Source: Chitinophagaceae bacterium (GTDB lineage Bacteria; Bacteroidota; Bacteroidia; Chitinophagales; Chitinophagaceae). From it: DNA of 64,000 nucleotides. The stretch lies in assembly GCA_036005185.1 (NCBI GenBank), contig DASYQS010000051.1:7420-71419 (forward strand), given 5' to 3'. Positions 10,336 to 20,102 of this stretch are shown in pieces. A program made the position numbers and the translations under genes. The notes under the pieces were generated by a model. The model did no database searches. It saw nothing but the letters and a program-made list of their open reading frames with translations, and was not told the origin of the DNA. The first letter of the stretch is position 1, and every line of letters begins with the position of its first letter.

Positions 10336-11406
10336 TTATAAACGAAAAGTTAGTCCAGCGCTTACCAAGTAATCTGCAAAAGCGGCATCGCCTTGTTGAT
10401 GCACACCTGTATCGGCAGTACGACGCTTGTCTGAATCACTTTGTGTGCGGTTTCTCCAAAGTGCAACGGGAACAGCCAAATTAAAGCTGACTTTTTTGGT
10501 CACCCATGTTACAGATGGCTCGGCAGAAATAATATAACCTGGCCTTCTGAACCCTCGGCTGCCACCAATCAGATCTTCTGAAGGAAGCCCTTCCATACGG
10601 ATGCCTCCCGAAAATGTAAATTGATCAACCATGAGTGCAACCCCGCCTCTAGCCATATACAGATCAGGCACACTCATTACATCGGTATTGTATTTTTTTG
10701 CAGTAGCGGACGGCGTACCGCCTCTTGCAGTGGATGTACCATTTACTTCGCGAGGATTACTGAGATAGAAAAAATTGCCATATACGCCGAGCTGATGATC
10801 AAAATTATAAAAACAATTTAGCTCTAATGTTATGCCCGTGCCACCATCACCTGGTTGTATGGATTGATCAACAGGTCCTAACACACTAGAGTCTTCTTTT
10901 TTATAAAAATAATCCGTGTAATTATAATTGCCTGTTGGCAACTTTAAGCCTGCACCGATCTGTAAATTTCCCTTGTGCGAAGTTTTAGGATCAAACATCC
11001 ATCTGTAGGCAGAAAACCGGACATCACCTATACCAAATGAATGAGTTGAGTGTCTTGTTCTACCATCATGCTCATACAAAGATGAACGTGCAAAATCCAT
11101 AATAGGCAATGTCATTGCTAATGACCATCTGGAATTAAGAGTTCTTGTAGCAGTAATATCGAGTTCGTAAGAGTGGTTGATCACTTCACTGCCTTCCTCT
11201 ACCCGTTGTTTTTGTTCGATTGTGCCAACAAAATGTTTGTATGACTTAAAATAACGGTTATTTAGATTTAGCTCCCACCCTTTCGCATCAGAAGGACGGC
11301 TACAGATACCTGCTGTGCCTTTAATAGCTACGCAGCCCTGCCCAAATGTTTTTTGATAAATGCTAATAACAAAAATCAATATTATTATTAAGGCTATTCG
11401 TTTCAT
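10336..11406 (-). CDS. putative outer-membrane beta-barrel protein (unknown substrate)
   Basis: Signal peptide, alternating hydrophobic beta-strand pattern, aromatic-rich C-terminal strand (YLVSAGLTFRL). The family assignment is not secure. Confidence 0.45.
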   Translation of the reverse strand: MKRIALIIILIFVISIYQKTFGQGCVAIKGTAGICSRPSDAKGWELNLNNRYFKSYKHFVGTIEQKQRVEEGSEVINHSYELDITATRTLNSRWSLAMTLPIMDFARSSLYEHDGRTRHSTHSFGIGDVRFSAYRWMFDPKTSHKGNLQIGAGLKLPTGNYNYTDYFYKKEDSSVLGPVDQSIQPGDGGTGITLELNCFYNFDHQLGVYGNFFYLSNPREVNGTSTARGGTPSATAKKYNTDVMSVPDLYMARGGVALMVDQFTFSGGIRMEGLPSEDLIGGSRGFRRPGYIISAEPSVTWVTKKVSFNLAVPVALWRNRTQSDSDKRRTADTGVHQQGDAAFADYLVSAGLTFRL

Positions 11407-11428
11407 AACAGTTGTTTTGTAAATGAGC

Positions 11429-12766
11429 TTAACTCATCTTTTTTAGTTTCAATTTTTTTACAATAAACTCTCCCAACATTTTTCCGCATTTATTTCCCTC
11501 GTCGTTATCATGCCTGTAATGGATGCCTCCATACAATCTTGACATAGCCGCTTCGTTTGCTGCGTCACGGAAAGATTTTATTTCACGGCTTTTAATACCA
11601 AATTCAAGTGATGAAGTATCGGTGAAGCTTAAGTGATCACCAAACCAGTTGGTCATTACCTCTGCTGCGGCGGCCGAAATAGTTGCATGGCCGCTGGTAT
11701 AAGAAGGAAAAGGCGGAGTCTGAATATAAGGACGCCATTCTTCGTTCACATATTTATTAATTGCTGTTTCCGGTCTTATATAATTACTGCGATACTTTTC
11801 ATCCCAGCACGAAATAAATCCATCGAACAGTGCGATAGCTGTTTCAGTATAAGCAGCTACAGTTGTAGAAAAGTCAGCCTTTGCTTTTTGTGCAGCTATT
11901 CCTACAATATTCATCCAATGGCCGGGGGGTGAAAATTTTTTGGTGGCAAACATAACGTGCCCGCTAACATTCAGCTTAAATGGGTTATCATCCCAAAAGT
12001 CAGCAATATGTTTTTGCTCGTCCGTTAGGCTATCCCCAATATTCTTTACTTCCATCATAGCCTTACAGTAAGTGCTGTTCTTATCTTTTACATCAAACTT
12101 CGGAGGACGCGGCGGCATAAATTCAGAACAAGAATCCATGACCAAGCATCTGATCTCTCTCCAATGTGGCTCTATTGCCTGTGCATACATAGGAGGTGTG
12201 GGCACCCAACGTCCTTCTTCATTTGTAACCGTAAATTTTTCCGCACTTCTTGTTTGAGCATAATTATCTTTCTTACTCCATCTCATCACAGCGGCAACAA
12301 TAGAATCAGAAAAAGCGATCGTATTATTTAAAATAGACGAAGGCATCCCCACACTATCCGCCATTTTTTTCAGATCATTATAATATCCCATCATACTCCC
12401 TTCCGGAAACGTAACCGCATTGCCAACTTTTGTAAAGGCAAACAAGGCTGCAAGATGAAAATCTATTTCTTTCCCATTACTTGTATCTGGCTTTGGCATA
12501 GCAGGCAAATGTTTTATTTGTCCTGCTAAACTGGTGTAATTATTGTCGCCGGCAACCATACATTCATAAGCTGCAATATTTGCATAAGCGTAATTCCGGC
12601 TACCAATCATGGGAGGGAAATTATTCTCCAGCACTACATCATTCAGCTTTTTAACTGTTTTGCTATACAGAATCGGATCACTGAATAGTTTTTTATAATC
12701 ATGAGATTGCTGTTTGCACGAGATCATTAAAAAGCCAATACTGGCTAACCACAAATACTTTTTCAT
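11429..12766 (-). CDS. PAP2-superfamily lipoprotein (acid phosphatase / vanadium haloperoxidase-like)
   Basis: All three PAP2/haloperoxidase motifs are intact: KYRSNYIRP (Kx6RP), TSGH (PSGH-like), SRLYGGIHYRHD (SRx5Hx3D). The start is moved to the internal ATG at 12766 because MKKYLWLASIGFLMISC is a clean lipoprotein signal. Confidence 0.65.
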   Translation of the reverse strand: MKKYLWLASIGFLMISCKQQSHDYKKLFSDPILYSKTVKKLNDVVLENNFPPMIGSRNYAYANIAAYECMVAGDNNYTSLAGQIKHLPAMPKPDTSNGKEIDFHLAALFAFTKVGNAVTFPEGSMMGYYNDLKKMADSVGMPSSILNNTIAFSDSIVAAVMRWSKKDNYAQTRSAEKFTVTNEEGRWVPTPPMYAQAIEPHWREIRCLVMDSCSEFMPPRPPKFDVKDKNSTYCKAMMEVKNIGDSLTDEQKHIADFWDDNPFKLNVSGHVMFATKKFSPPGHWMNIVGIAAQKAKADFSTTVAAYTETAIALFDGFISCWDEKYRSNYIRPETAINKYVNEEWRPYIQTPPFPSYTSGHATISAAAAEVMTNWFGDHLSFTDTSSLEFGIKSREIKSFRDAANEAAMSRLYGGIHYRHDNDEGNKCGKMLGEFIVKKLKLKKMS

Positions 12767-12829
12767 TTTAGTTAAATAATTATATAATGTAAATAAGAAA
12801 AGCTTTTCAAATTGATGAAAAGAAATCAA

Positions 12830-13447
12830 TTAACTTAAAGAGACAAAAGCATTTTCAGGTGGTTGCTCAGCTACAGGCAAATGAATATTTTTAAAAAATG
12901 AAGCTCTTGTGCGTGATGATTGCTCTTGAAGACAAGCTATATTTTTAAGATTGTAGCTCAGGAAATGGTTATCATAATCACTAAAAATGTTTTTGACAAC
13001 GCTATTAAGAGGTGAATTGTTTTTACCATTATGTTCCTGATCAAACCCATTGTTCATATTGAACAAAATGTTGTCAGCATTTTTAATATTTTGTTTTGCA
13101 GTGTTGGGAATGCATTTTAGGATCAGGCAGCCATTTTCAACCTTGCGTTTCACATACGTATAAATTTTGCCTTTGATCTCAATTTCTCCGTAGTGTCTTT
13201 CAAAATCGGACCAGTTATTTTGATAAGGCATGTTCAGTGCAACCTTGATCTCTAATAATTGTGACTCATCATAATCGTTCACATCAATCCGTGCCTCTAG
13301 TTGGGTATCAGCTTTTTTCTGCAGGTAATTAGTAACAAACCGGTAACCATACCAGTTAAATAGCAGCAAGCAAATGAGTAATATGGCAGCAACCTTTCTC
13401 AAGCGACAGTTACTAACACAAGTTAAAAGAATTCTTTGAAATAGCAA
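12830..13447 (-). CDS. hypothetical membrane-anchored protein
   Basis: 205-aa ORF with one N-terminal hydrophobic helix (AAILLICLLLFNWYGY). TTG start in the track, so the true start is uncertain. No recognisable domain. Packed between GH65 and the PAP2 gene. Confidence 0.4.
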   Translation of the reverse strand: MLFQRILLTCVSNCRLRKVAAILLICLLLFNWYGYRFVTNYLQKKADTQLEARIDVNDYDESQLLEIKVALNMPYQNNWSDFERHYGEIEIKGKIYTYVKRKVENGCLILKCIPNTAKQNIKNADNILFNMNNGFDQEHNGKNNSPLNSVVKNIFSDYDNHFLSYNLKNIACLQEQSSRTRASFFKNIHLPVAEQPPENAFVSLS

Positions 13448-13476
13448 TTTTGATTCTAGGTCAATGAAACGAACAA

Positions 13477-15513
13477 TTATTTTACTACAAACGTTTTTTT
13501 ATCTGGCCCTACTCCCTTTATAGTAAGACTTTTCCATGAGGGCGGCAAGGTTGATCGAATTTGCATAATGCCTTTAGGAGTTATATCCAGCCCACCAAAA
13601 CCCATCAATACTGATTGTAAAATACCTCCTGCTCCTGTAGCAAAATAAGGATTTGTACCTCCTTTGGTTTCAGCTAGAACCCTAAAGGGCGGATTTAAAT
13701 TAGCCGTATAGGCATCTTTGAACCAACGCCATGCCTTTTCTTTATCACCCATTCTAGCATATAACAAGGTAAAAATGGCTTGTGTCATGGCCGGTGTGCC
13801 CTCATCAGGCACCCTTGTTTCGTAATACTCCAAGTCTTTTTTTATTTGACCAGCCTCCGTAATTTGCTTTAAGGGATAAGCCAAAAGATTCACGTCGGCT
13901 TGTTTTATTTTTTCTCCATGATAGCTTGCGTGTTCACTGGTAACACCATTCTCCAATTTCAAAATCGGAATATTGTTAGCTACATCTGCCCAATCGGGGT
14001 TGGGAATAATGTTTAAAATTTTTGCTACTTCAGTTGCATATTGAAGATTTGACTTTGCCGCTGCGTTGGTGAATGCATTATTGTCAACATTCTCAGCCCA
14101 TTCATCTGCAGCCACAACATTTTTAATTTCATATTTACCAGCGCCATTTCTTTCAACACGCGAAGCCCAGAAATCTGCTGTTGCTGATAAAATTGGCCAG
14201 CCTTTTTCACGCAGCCAATTTTTATCTTGAGTGGCACAGTAATAATTCCATGCCGCAATGCCAACACAAGCCGTAATGTGATGTTCAAAAGGACCGCTCA
14301 ATGCCCATACGGGTGTTTCTTCCACTCCTGTTTCTGCGCTTTCCCAAGGGAACATAGCGCCTTTGAATCCCTTTGAAAACGCATTTCGTTTAGCCGCTTC
14401 TAATCGCTGAAAACGATACTCAAGCATGCTTTTCGCCATTTCAGGATGCAAAACTAATATAGCCGGAAACATCCACAGCTCTGTATCCCAGAATACATGA
14501 CCATTGTACCCGAGACCACTTAAGCCCATAGGGGATGGAGAAAAAGCAGTTCCTTCCCTGGTAAACGAGTAAAGATGATATAGCATGCTATGTATATCCT
14601 GCTGGGTTTGCTCATCACCCTCAATAGTTATATCGCTTTTCCATAGATCATTCCATGCGCGATTATGAAAGTTGATAAGACGGTCTCTGCCTTCCAACTT
14701 TGCATAAATGGTGAGACGTTCCGCCTCATTCAACGGATCGTCATGATGGGCTGATGTGATGGAAGAGCCCGCAATAGAAAAATGATAAGTTTCACCCGCT
14801 TTTATTTTTTTACTAAACTTCATCAGGTGCATATTATTGTCCCACATTTCGTGGATCACTCTTGGTTCTTGTCCGTGCGGTTCAGTAAATAAGAACGTAT
14901 TGGATGCACACATTATCAATTTTCCCGTAGGGCTTTTTGCCGAAGAAGTGAGCAGGCTTATAACAACATGAGGTCGGTCAATTTCATTGTAATAATTCTG
15001 TACATCTTTTAATGCATCAGGTGCTTCCATAACACTGGCGCTGGTAATGGCAATATCCTTTTTAGCAGTAATGGTTACATCCATCAATACGGTAAATGGC
15101 AAATGCCTTAAAGAATAATATGTATAGGACACCGTTGCTTTATCAACATAATCAAACCGCGAGGTAAAGCTTGCATGAAGCATATCAAGCTCCTGCTGAA
15201 AATTAGCAGCTGATTTTCCATCGATGCGCCTGCCATCCACTTCAAGATACATATTGAGCAGGTTAAAACTGCGAAGAAAATTGCTAACCCTTCCTCTTCC
15301 GTATAAATCATAAGCGCCAGCAAGCACCACATCCTTAACCTTGAATGGCTCAGGTGACGAAACTATACCAATTATACCATTAGCTACAGTTACCCCATAA
15401 TAATTTGAAGGGTCTATTTTGGCGGCCATTATTTTCCAAGGATCAATTGATTGTGAAAAAATATTACAGAAAGAAACAAACACAATCAATAAACATAGAA
15501 CCAGCTTCTTCAT
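13477..15513 (-). CDS. secreted GH65-like (alpha/alpha)6 glycoside hydrolase (kojibiose/trehalose/nigerose-type alpha-glucoside enzyme family)
   Basis: Signal peptide. Blocks HVFWDTELWMFPAILVLHPEMAKSMLEYRF and GAMFPWESAETGVEETP resemble the GH65 catalytic domain. A secreted location argues for a hydrolase rather than a phosphorylase. Confidence 0.65.
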   Translation of the reverse strand: MKKLVLCLLIVFVSFCNIFSQSIDPWKIMAAKIDPSNYYGVTVANGIIGIVSSPEPFKVKDVVLAGAYDLYGRGRVSNFLRSFNLLNMYLEVDGRRIDGKSAANFQQELDMLHASFTSRFDYVDKATVSYTYYSLRHLPFTVLMDVTITAKKDIAITSASVMEAPDALKDVQNYYNEIDRPHVVISLLTSSAKSPTGKLIMCASNTFLFTEPHGQEPRVIHEMWDNNMHLMKFSKKIKAGETYHFSIAGSSITSAHHDDPLNEAERLTIYAKLEGRDRLINFHNRAWNDLWKSDITIEGDEQTQQDIHSMLYHLYSFTREGTAFSPSPMGLSGLGYNGHVFWDTELWMFPAILVLHPEMAKSMLEYRFQRLEAAKRNAFSKGFKGAMFPWESAETGVEETPVWALSGPFEHHITACVGIAAWNYYCATQDKNWLREKGWPILSATADFWASRVERNGAGKYEIKNVVAADEWAENVDNNAFTNAAAKSNLQYATEVAKILNIIPNPDWADVANNIPILKLENGVTSEHASYHGEKIKQADVNLLAYPLKQITEAGQIKKDLEYYETRVPDEGTPAMTQAIFTLLYARMGDKEKAWRWFKDAYTANLNPPFRVLAETKGGTNPYFATGAGGILQSVLMGFGGLDITPKGIMQIRSTLPPSWKSLTIKGVGPDKKTFVVK

Positions 15514-15740
15514 ATAGCAATTTTGAATTGGCTAATTTACAGTATTACACTTGTAATGAGGAAACATCCATTTACCAGAACATTTGATGTACAATTTGCA
15601 GGTCGTATTAATGGCTGGCTGAGCTTGTCGCAGAATATTTACGTTTATCTTAGTATTTCCATTGCTTCGCCAGAGAGTGAAAATATGAAAAACATATTTT
15701 TGCTTCACCGGATTTGAAGTCAATAAAGTTTCGTTTTTTT

Positions 15741-16685
15741 ATGAAAAGAATTTCTTGGATTGTTCTTATTCTTCTTTTTGTTTTAGTAGCTGCAGCGTAT
15801 GCCTCTATTCCTGGAAAGATAACCGTTTCAAGCGTCTCATCATTTGGCGCTAACCGTGAAGGTGTTTATCGCTTTTTGATAAATGAGAGCAATTGGAAGA
15901 AATGGTGGCCGGGAAGCGTATCAAAAGGCAGCAATGGATCATTGTTATTCAGATATGAAGGCTACGATTTTCAAATCGAGAAAATCTTTTATGATGTTAT
16001 TCAATTAAAATTCAGAAGTAATAAAAATTCTTTTGGCAGTTTTTTGAAAGTAATTCCTTATGCCATTGATAGCATTGGCGTGGAGCTTTCATCAGAATTA
16101 AATACCGGATCAAATCCGTTTAGCAGAATTTCAACGTATTTCCGTGCGAAAAAAATTAAACACTCACTAGATGAGATTGTATTGTCATTAGGGAAATACG
16201 CTGGAGATGTAAAAAATATATATGGCATCGGCATAAAAAAAGAGAAGGTGCAATACCAGCATTTGATATCAACAAAACAATCATTCGCACATTATCCCAC
16301 TACAGAAGATATTTATATACTCATTGGTAAGCTGCGTGATTATATTAATAAGTCAGGGGGCAAAGAGTTGTTCTCGCCCATGCTGAACGTTAAAAGAATT
16401 GATAGTTCAATTTATGAAGCGCAGGTAGGAATGCCGGTGGATAAAGAACTTCCGTCATTGGATAATATCACTTCAAAATGGATGATGAAGGGAGGCAATA
16501 TATTGACCGGTGAAGTAATTGGTGGACAAAAACAAATTGATGAAGCAACAAAACAATTCGAAATATACATCCGCGATTACCAACGTTCAATAATTGCCAT
16601 ACCTTTTCAGATGCTGATCACAGACAGAACAAAGCAGCCAGACAGCACAAGGTGGGTTACCTATATTTATTACCCTGTTGTATAA
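15741..16685 (+). CDS. hypothetical membrane-anchored protein, possibly SRPBCC-like
   Basis: The track ORF starts at TTG 15714; the first ATG at 15741 gives MKRISWIVLILLFVLVAAAYA. This is the only plus-strand gene interrupting ~31 kb of minus-strand genes. The fold assignment is weak. Confidence 0.4.
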   Translation: MKRISWIVLILLFVLVAAAYASIPGKITVSSVSSFGANREGVYRFLINESNWKKWWPGSVSKGSNGSLLFRYEGYDFQIEKIFYDVIQLKFRSNKNSFGSFLKVIPYAIDSIGVELSSELNTGSNPFSRISTYFRAKKIKHSLDEIVLSLGKYAGDVKNIYGIGIKKEKVQYQHLISTKQSFAHYPTTEDIYILIGKLRDYINKSGGKELFSPMLNVKRIDSSIYEAQVGMPVDKELPSLDNITSKWMMKGGNILTGEVIGGQKQIDEATKQFEIYIRDYQRSIIAIPFQMLITDRTKQPDSTRWVTYIYYPVV

Positions 16686-16724
16686 TAAATCTCTTACCTG
16701 CCTGCACAACCATCCATTTTCAGT

Positions 16725-19700
16725 TCAGCGATACTTTATTACCATGACGCTATCATTATTTCTGGCAAGAATAAAAGCATCTTTACTTTTTATTTCAATT
16801 TTTTTTATGTGTCGAACCTGCCCTTTAATTTGTAGTCCGTTAATATTTTCACAGATAAAATTTCCGTGACCTTTATTAACAAGGAGGGCCCCAAAATCTG
16901 CATCGTATCTCCCCATTTGAATATTATTATTATAGTAATTACCTACCAATAAAACATCAGGTAAGCCATCGTCATTTGCATCTAACACTATGCCGTCCCT
17001 ATAAGAAGTTAATTGTGCTTCCCAAGGCATGGGTTGAGTCGTAAAATGCATATTGCCATCGTTAATTAATATAGCGTTAGCAAAATAATCAGCGGTAAGT
17101 ACTTTAGCGTTTTTTAATTTGTTTTCGGCAAAGATTTTTCCCATTGTGGCTTTGGCAAAATCTTCGGCGTATAAAAAATTTTTCTTGATTTCCGGAATCT
17201 GCTTTTGAAGTTCCTCTTTATTAGCAAAAGGCAACTCTCTCCCATTTATATAATAACTGAGCACCTGTTCATTTTTACCGTTGCCATCAAAATCATTGTA
17301 ATATAACCTTACAGGTTGCTGGGCTGAAGCTTTCAGTCGGCTGTTTAATCCAAGATTTCCTGCAATTAAATCAACATCACCATCATTGTCTATATCAACA
17401 GGTAATACAAAATTCCACCAGCCTTGTTTATCGGTTATTGTTTGTTTTGTAAAACTTTCTTTATTATTGATGAGTGCGTAAATACCCTCCCATTCACAAC
17501 TTACGATCAGATCTTTAAGTCCATCTTTATTTATATCGTACCAAATGGCGTTGGTTACCATTCCTAGTTGAGATAAATCCTTTGTGTATTTCTCAGTTAC
17601 GTCAATAAACTTACCACTTCCGTCATTTTGCAATAAATAAGAATGCGGAGTTTGTCCGTACTCCCACGGTACTGCTCTGCCGCCAAGAAATAAGTCTGGA
17701 TACCCATCTCCATTAAAATCATAAGGAACAATACAGGAAAAAGTGAAATATAAATTGCTGAAGGCATTCTCTAATTTTTTGAAATGAGCATTCCCATCAT
17801 TCAAATATACTCTTGGTAACAAATGCTTATCACTTCCATAATATTCATTACCACCACTGGCTATTATTAGGTCAATATTACCATCCTTATTCACATCAAC
17901 CCAAGTGGCATCCACATCCTCATACATGCTGTCCTTGGCCATTTCCGTTTGCACAGTTCTTACAAATTTTCCATTGGGCTGTTGCAGATAAATTGCATTG
18001 TGAAAAGTTTTTGATGAGCCAATGAATACATCTTCAAGTCCGTCATGATTGATGTCGGCTACTGCAAGTGCAGGCCCTTCCGTGGAAACCATGTGTGGAA
18101 TCAGAGGTTCACGATTAAACTCGATAAAAGGGTTTTCCTCATGCTTATAGTTAAGACCAACTGTTTCCGTAATATTTTCCATTGGCTTTGTCTTATTCTT
18201 GTGGAAAGAAGTGATCTTAGTATAATCGAATTGAGGAAGACCTTTTGTATAAGTAAAAACCAGACGGGGATTATTATTAAGTTGGATAGATTGATAAGAA
18301 TTATCAGGCCATATCAAAAACATTGAATCAAGTTTTGTTTTTTCTAACCCGAGGTGTATAGGCACCATCATGCTCGACTGAAATCCTCTGACGGGATTAT
18401 TTTCATATGTTCTTATTCCCCCGTTGGCAAATACAATTATCTTGGCACCAATTGCATTTATATTTTTTTCTGAACCCTTAAGAGTAATATCTACAAAAGA
18501 TTTGCTTCCAGTATCATTATTTTTATTCTCGTAAACCAGCACAGGGTCATCGATATTGTTTACAACAATGTCAAGATCCCCATCATTATCAAGATCAGCA
18601 TACACAGCTCCATTTGAATAAGTAGATTTATTATCGTCGATATTGTCATCCATATCCCGAAATGAAAGATCGCCCGTGTTTTTAAAGAATTTATTAGGGA
18701 TTTTAATCTGGGGGAATTTATTTACCAGCGCAAGATTCTTTTCATCCAGCTTACTTTCATGAAGCCTTTGTTGAATTTCTTCATTGGAAATAAAATTTAT
18801 ATAATCCATATCATTCATTCGCTTAGGAATGCCATTGGAAATAAACAGGTCTTTGAGTCCGTCATTATCGAAATCCATCCACAAAGGCGCCCAACTCCAG
18901 TCGGTAGCATAGACGCCGGAATACAACCCTGTTTCGCTAAACATCCCATTATGTCTGTTGTACTGTAAATTATTTCTTGTGTATTGGTAGTTATACCCAG
19001 CTGAAATTTTATGAAAGAAAATATCATAATCATCTTCGCCGAGTGAACGTTTCAAAATGTAAGGATCAGCAGCAAGCATATCCGTAGAAATGATTTCAGG
19101 ATAACCGTCATTATTCGCGTCTGCCACGTCAATACCCATAGTGAATTGGCTTGTATGCATCAACCGTTGGTTATTTTCTTCTGAAAATTTTCCATTTTTT
19201 TGATTGATGTATAAATAGTCGTTTTCATGAAAATCATTACCGACATACAAGTCAGGCCATCCATCTAAATTAATATCCGCCACCGCCATTCCTAATCCGT
19301 AACTGATAGCAGAACTATTGATGCCCGTTTCTTTAGTTACGTCTGTAAAAACATTTCCGTCGTTTCGGTAAATTCTATCACCCGAAAGCAAATTATAAGT
19401 TCCAAAGAAATCGTCACGGGGCGCAAAGTTCCCATTCTGATGCACAGAATGATTAAGCATAAACATGTCTAGATCACCGTCCATATCGTAATCAAAAAAA
19501 AGCGCCTGCGTGTTAAACCCTGAAAAATCAAGACCGTACTGTTTTGCTTCATCTTTATAAAACGGAACGCCATTTTTATCGATGCCTTTGCAAATGAGCA
19601 ATTGATTTTTGCTATTCAATATTTCGTATTTACCTACGCGGCAAACATAAATGTCCAGCAATCCATCATTATTAATGTCAACAACGGAAACTCCTGTTGA

Positions 19701-20075
19701 CCAACCCCCGTCCTGTGGAATTTGGGCGTCTTTAGTCACATCAGTGAATTTCAACTTTCCCTTGTTGAGGTATAATTTATTTTCACCCTGGTTAGATGCA
19801 AAAAACAGATCGATCATACCATCATTATTAAAATCCCCTGCGCCAATGCCAGCTCCGTTATAAAAATACATGTAGGTGAACATGTTAAATTCTTGAGTGG
19901 GCTTCAATCTGTTTGCAAAATGCAGACCTGTTCTGTTGTCATCCAATACTTGGAACATCACATTTTTATTGTGATTCGTTTTACACCCTTCTAAAGAAAA
20001 AGCTAAACAAATAAGAATAGAAATATTTAAACCGATCCAATGACTATGATAAAATATGTAAAAAGTTTTTTTCAT
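16725..20075 (-). CDS. FG-GAP/VCBS-repeat + ASPIC/UnbV lipoprotein, paralog A (CRTAC1-like, double propeller)
   Basis: Lipobox (FSLEGC). Seven DxDxDG loops (e.g. DFNNDGMID, DYDMDGDLD, DLDNDGDLD). Then an ASPIC/UnbV-like block (GAKIIVFANGGIRTYENNPVRGFQSSMMVPIHLGL...WPDNSY). Then seven more loops (DINHDGLED ... LDANDDGLPD). Confidence 0.8.
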   Translation of the reverse strand: MKKTFYIFYHSHWIGLNISILICLAFSLEGCKTNHNKNVMFQVLDDNRTGLHFANRLKPTQEFNMFTYMYFYNGAGIGAGDFNNDGMIDLFFASNQGENKLYLNKGKLKFTDVTKDAQIPQDGGWSTGVSVVDINNDGLLDIYVCRVGKYEILNSKNQLLICKGIDKNGVPFYKDEAKQYGLDFSGFNTQALFFDYDMDGDLDMFMLNHSVHQNGNFAPRDDFFGTYNLLSGDRIYRNDGNVFTDVTKETGINSSAISYGLGMAVADINLDGWPDLYVGNDFHENDYLYINQKNGKFSEENNQRLMHTSQFTMGIDVADANNDGYPEIISTDMLAADPYILKRSLGEDDYDIFFHKISAGYNYQYTRNNLQYNRHNGMFSETGLYSGVYATDWSWAPLWMDFDNDGLKDLFISNGIPKRMNDMDYINFISNEEIQQRLHESKLDEKNLALVNKFPQIKIPNKFFKNTGDLSFRDMDDNIDDNKSTYSNGAVYADLDNDGDLDIVVNNIDDPVLVYENKNNDTGSKSFVDITLKGSEKNINAIGAKIIVFANGGIRTYENNPVRGFQSSMMVPIHLGLEKTKLDSMFLIWPDNSYQSIQLNNNPRLVFTYTKGLPQFDYTKITSFHKNKTKPMENITETVGLNYKHEENPFIEFNREPLIPHMVSTEGPALAVADINHDGLEDVFIGSSKTFHNAIYLQQPNGKFVRTVQTEMAKDSMYEDVDATWVDVNKDGNIDLIIASGGNEYYGSDKHLLPRVYLNDGNAHFKKLENAFSNLYFTFSCIVPYDFNGDGYPDLFLGGRAVPWEYGQTPHSYLLQNDGSGKFIDVTEKYTKDLSQLGMVTNAIWYDINKDGLKDLIVSCEWEGIYALINNKESFTKQTITDKQGWWNFVLPVDIDNDGDVDLIAGNLGLNSRLKASAQQPVRLYYNDFDGNGKNEQVLSYYINGRELPFANKEELQKQIPEIKKNFLYAEDFAKATMGKIFAENKLKNAKVLTADYFANAILINDGNMHFTTQPMPWEAQLTSYRDGIVLDANDDGLPDVLLVGNYYNNNIQMGRYDADFGALLVNKGHGNFICENINGLQIKGQVRHIKKIEIKSKDAFILARNNDSVMVIKYR

Positions 20076-20102
20076 TTTTAATCTCGAATCCTCATCAATC
20101 TC

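Noticed and set aside
12767-12829. 21-aa N-terminal extension (MISFHQFEKLFLFTLYNYLTK) of the PAP2 gene in the ORF track. Similar extensions occur at 61196-61234, 61295-61351, 53908-54024 and 45439-45492.
   Set aside because: In the lipoprotein and secreted-protein cases (12766, 61195) the internal ATG yields a clean signal peptide or lipobox; in the kinase cases (53907, 61352) and at 45438 it yields a family-typical or more natural N-terminus. The extensions are hydrophobic or aromatic junk or start at non-ATG codons.
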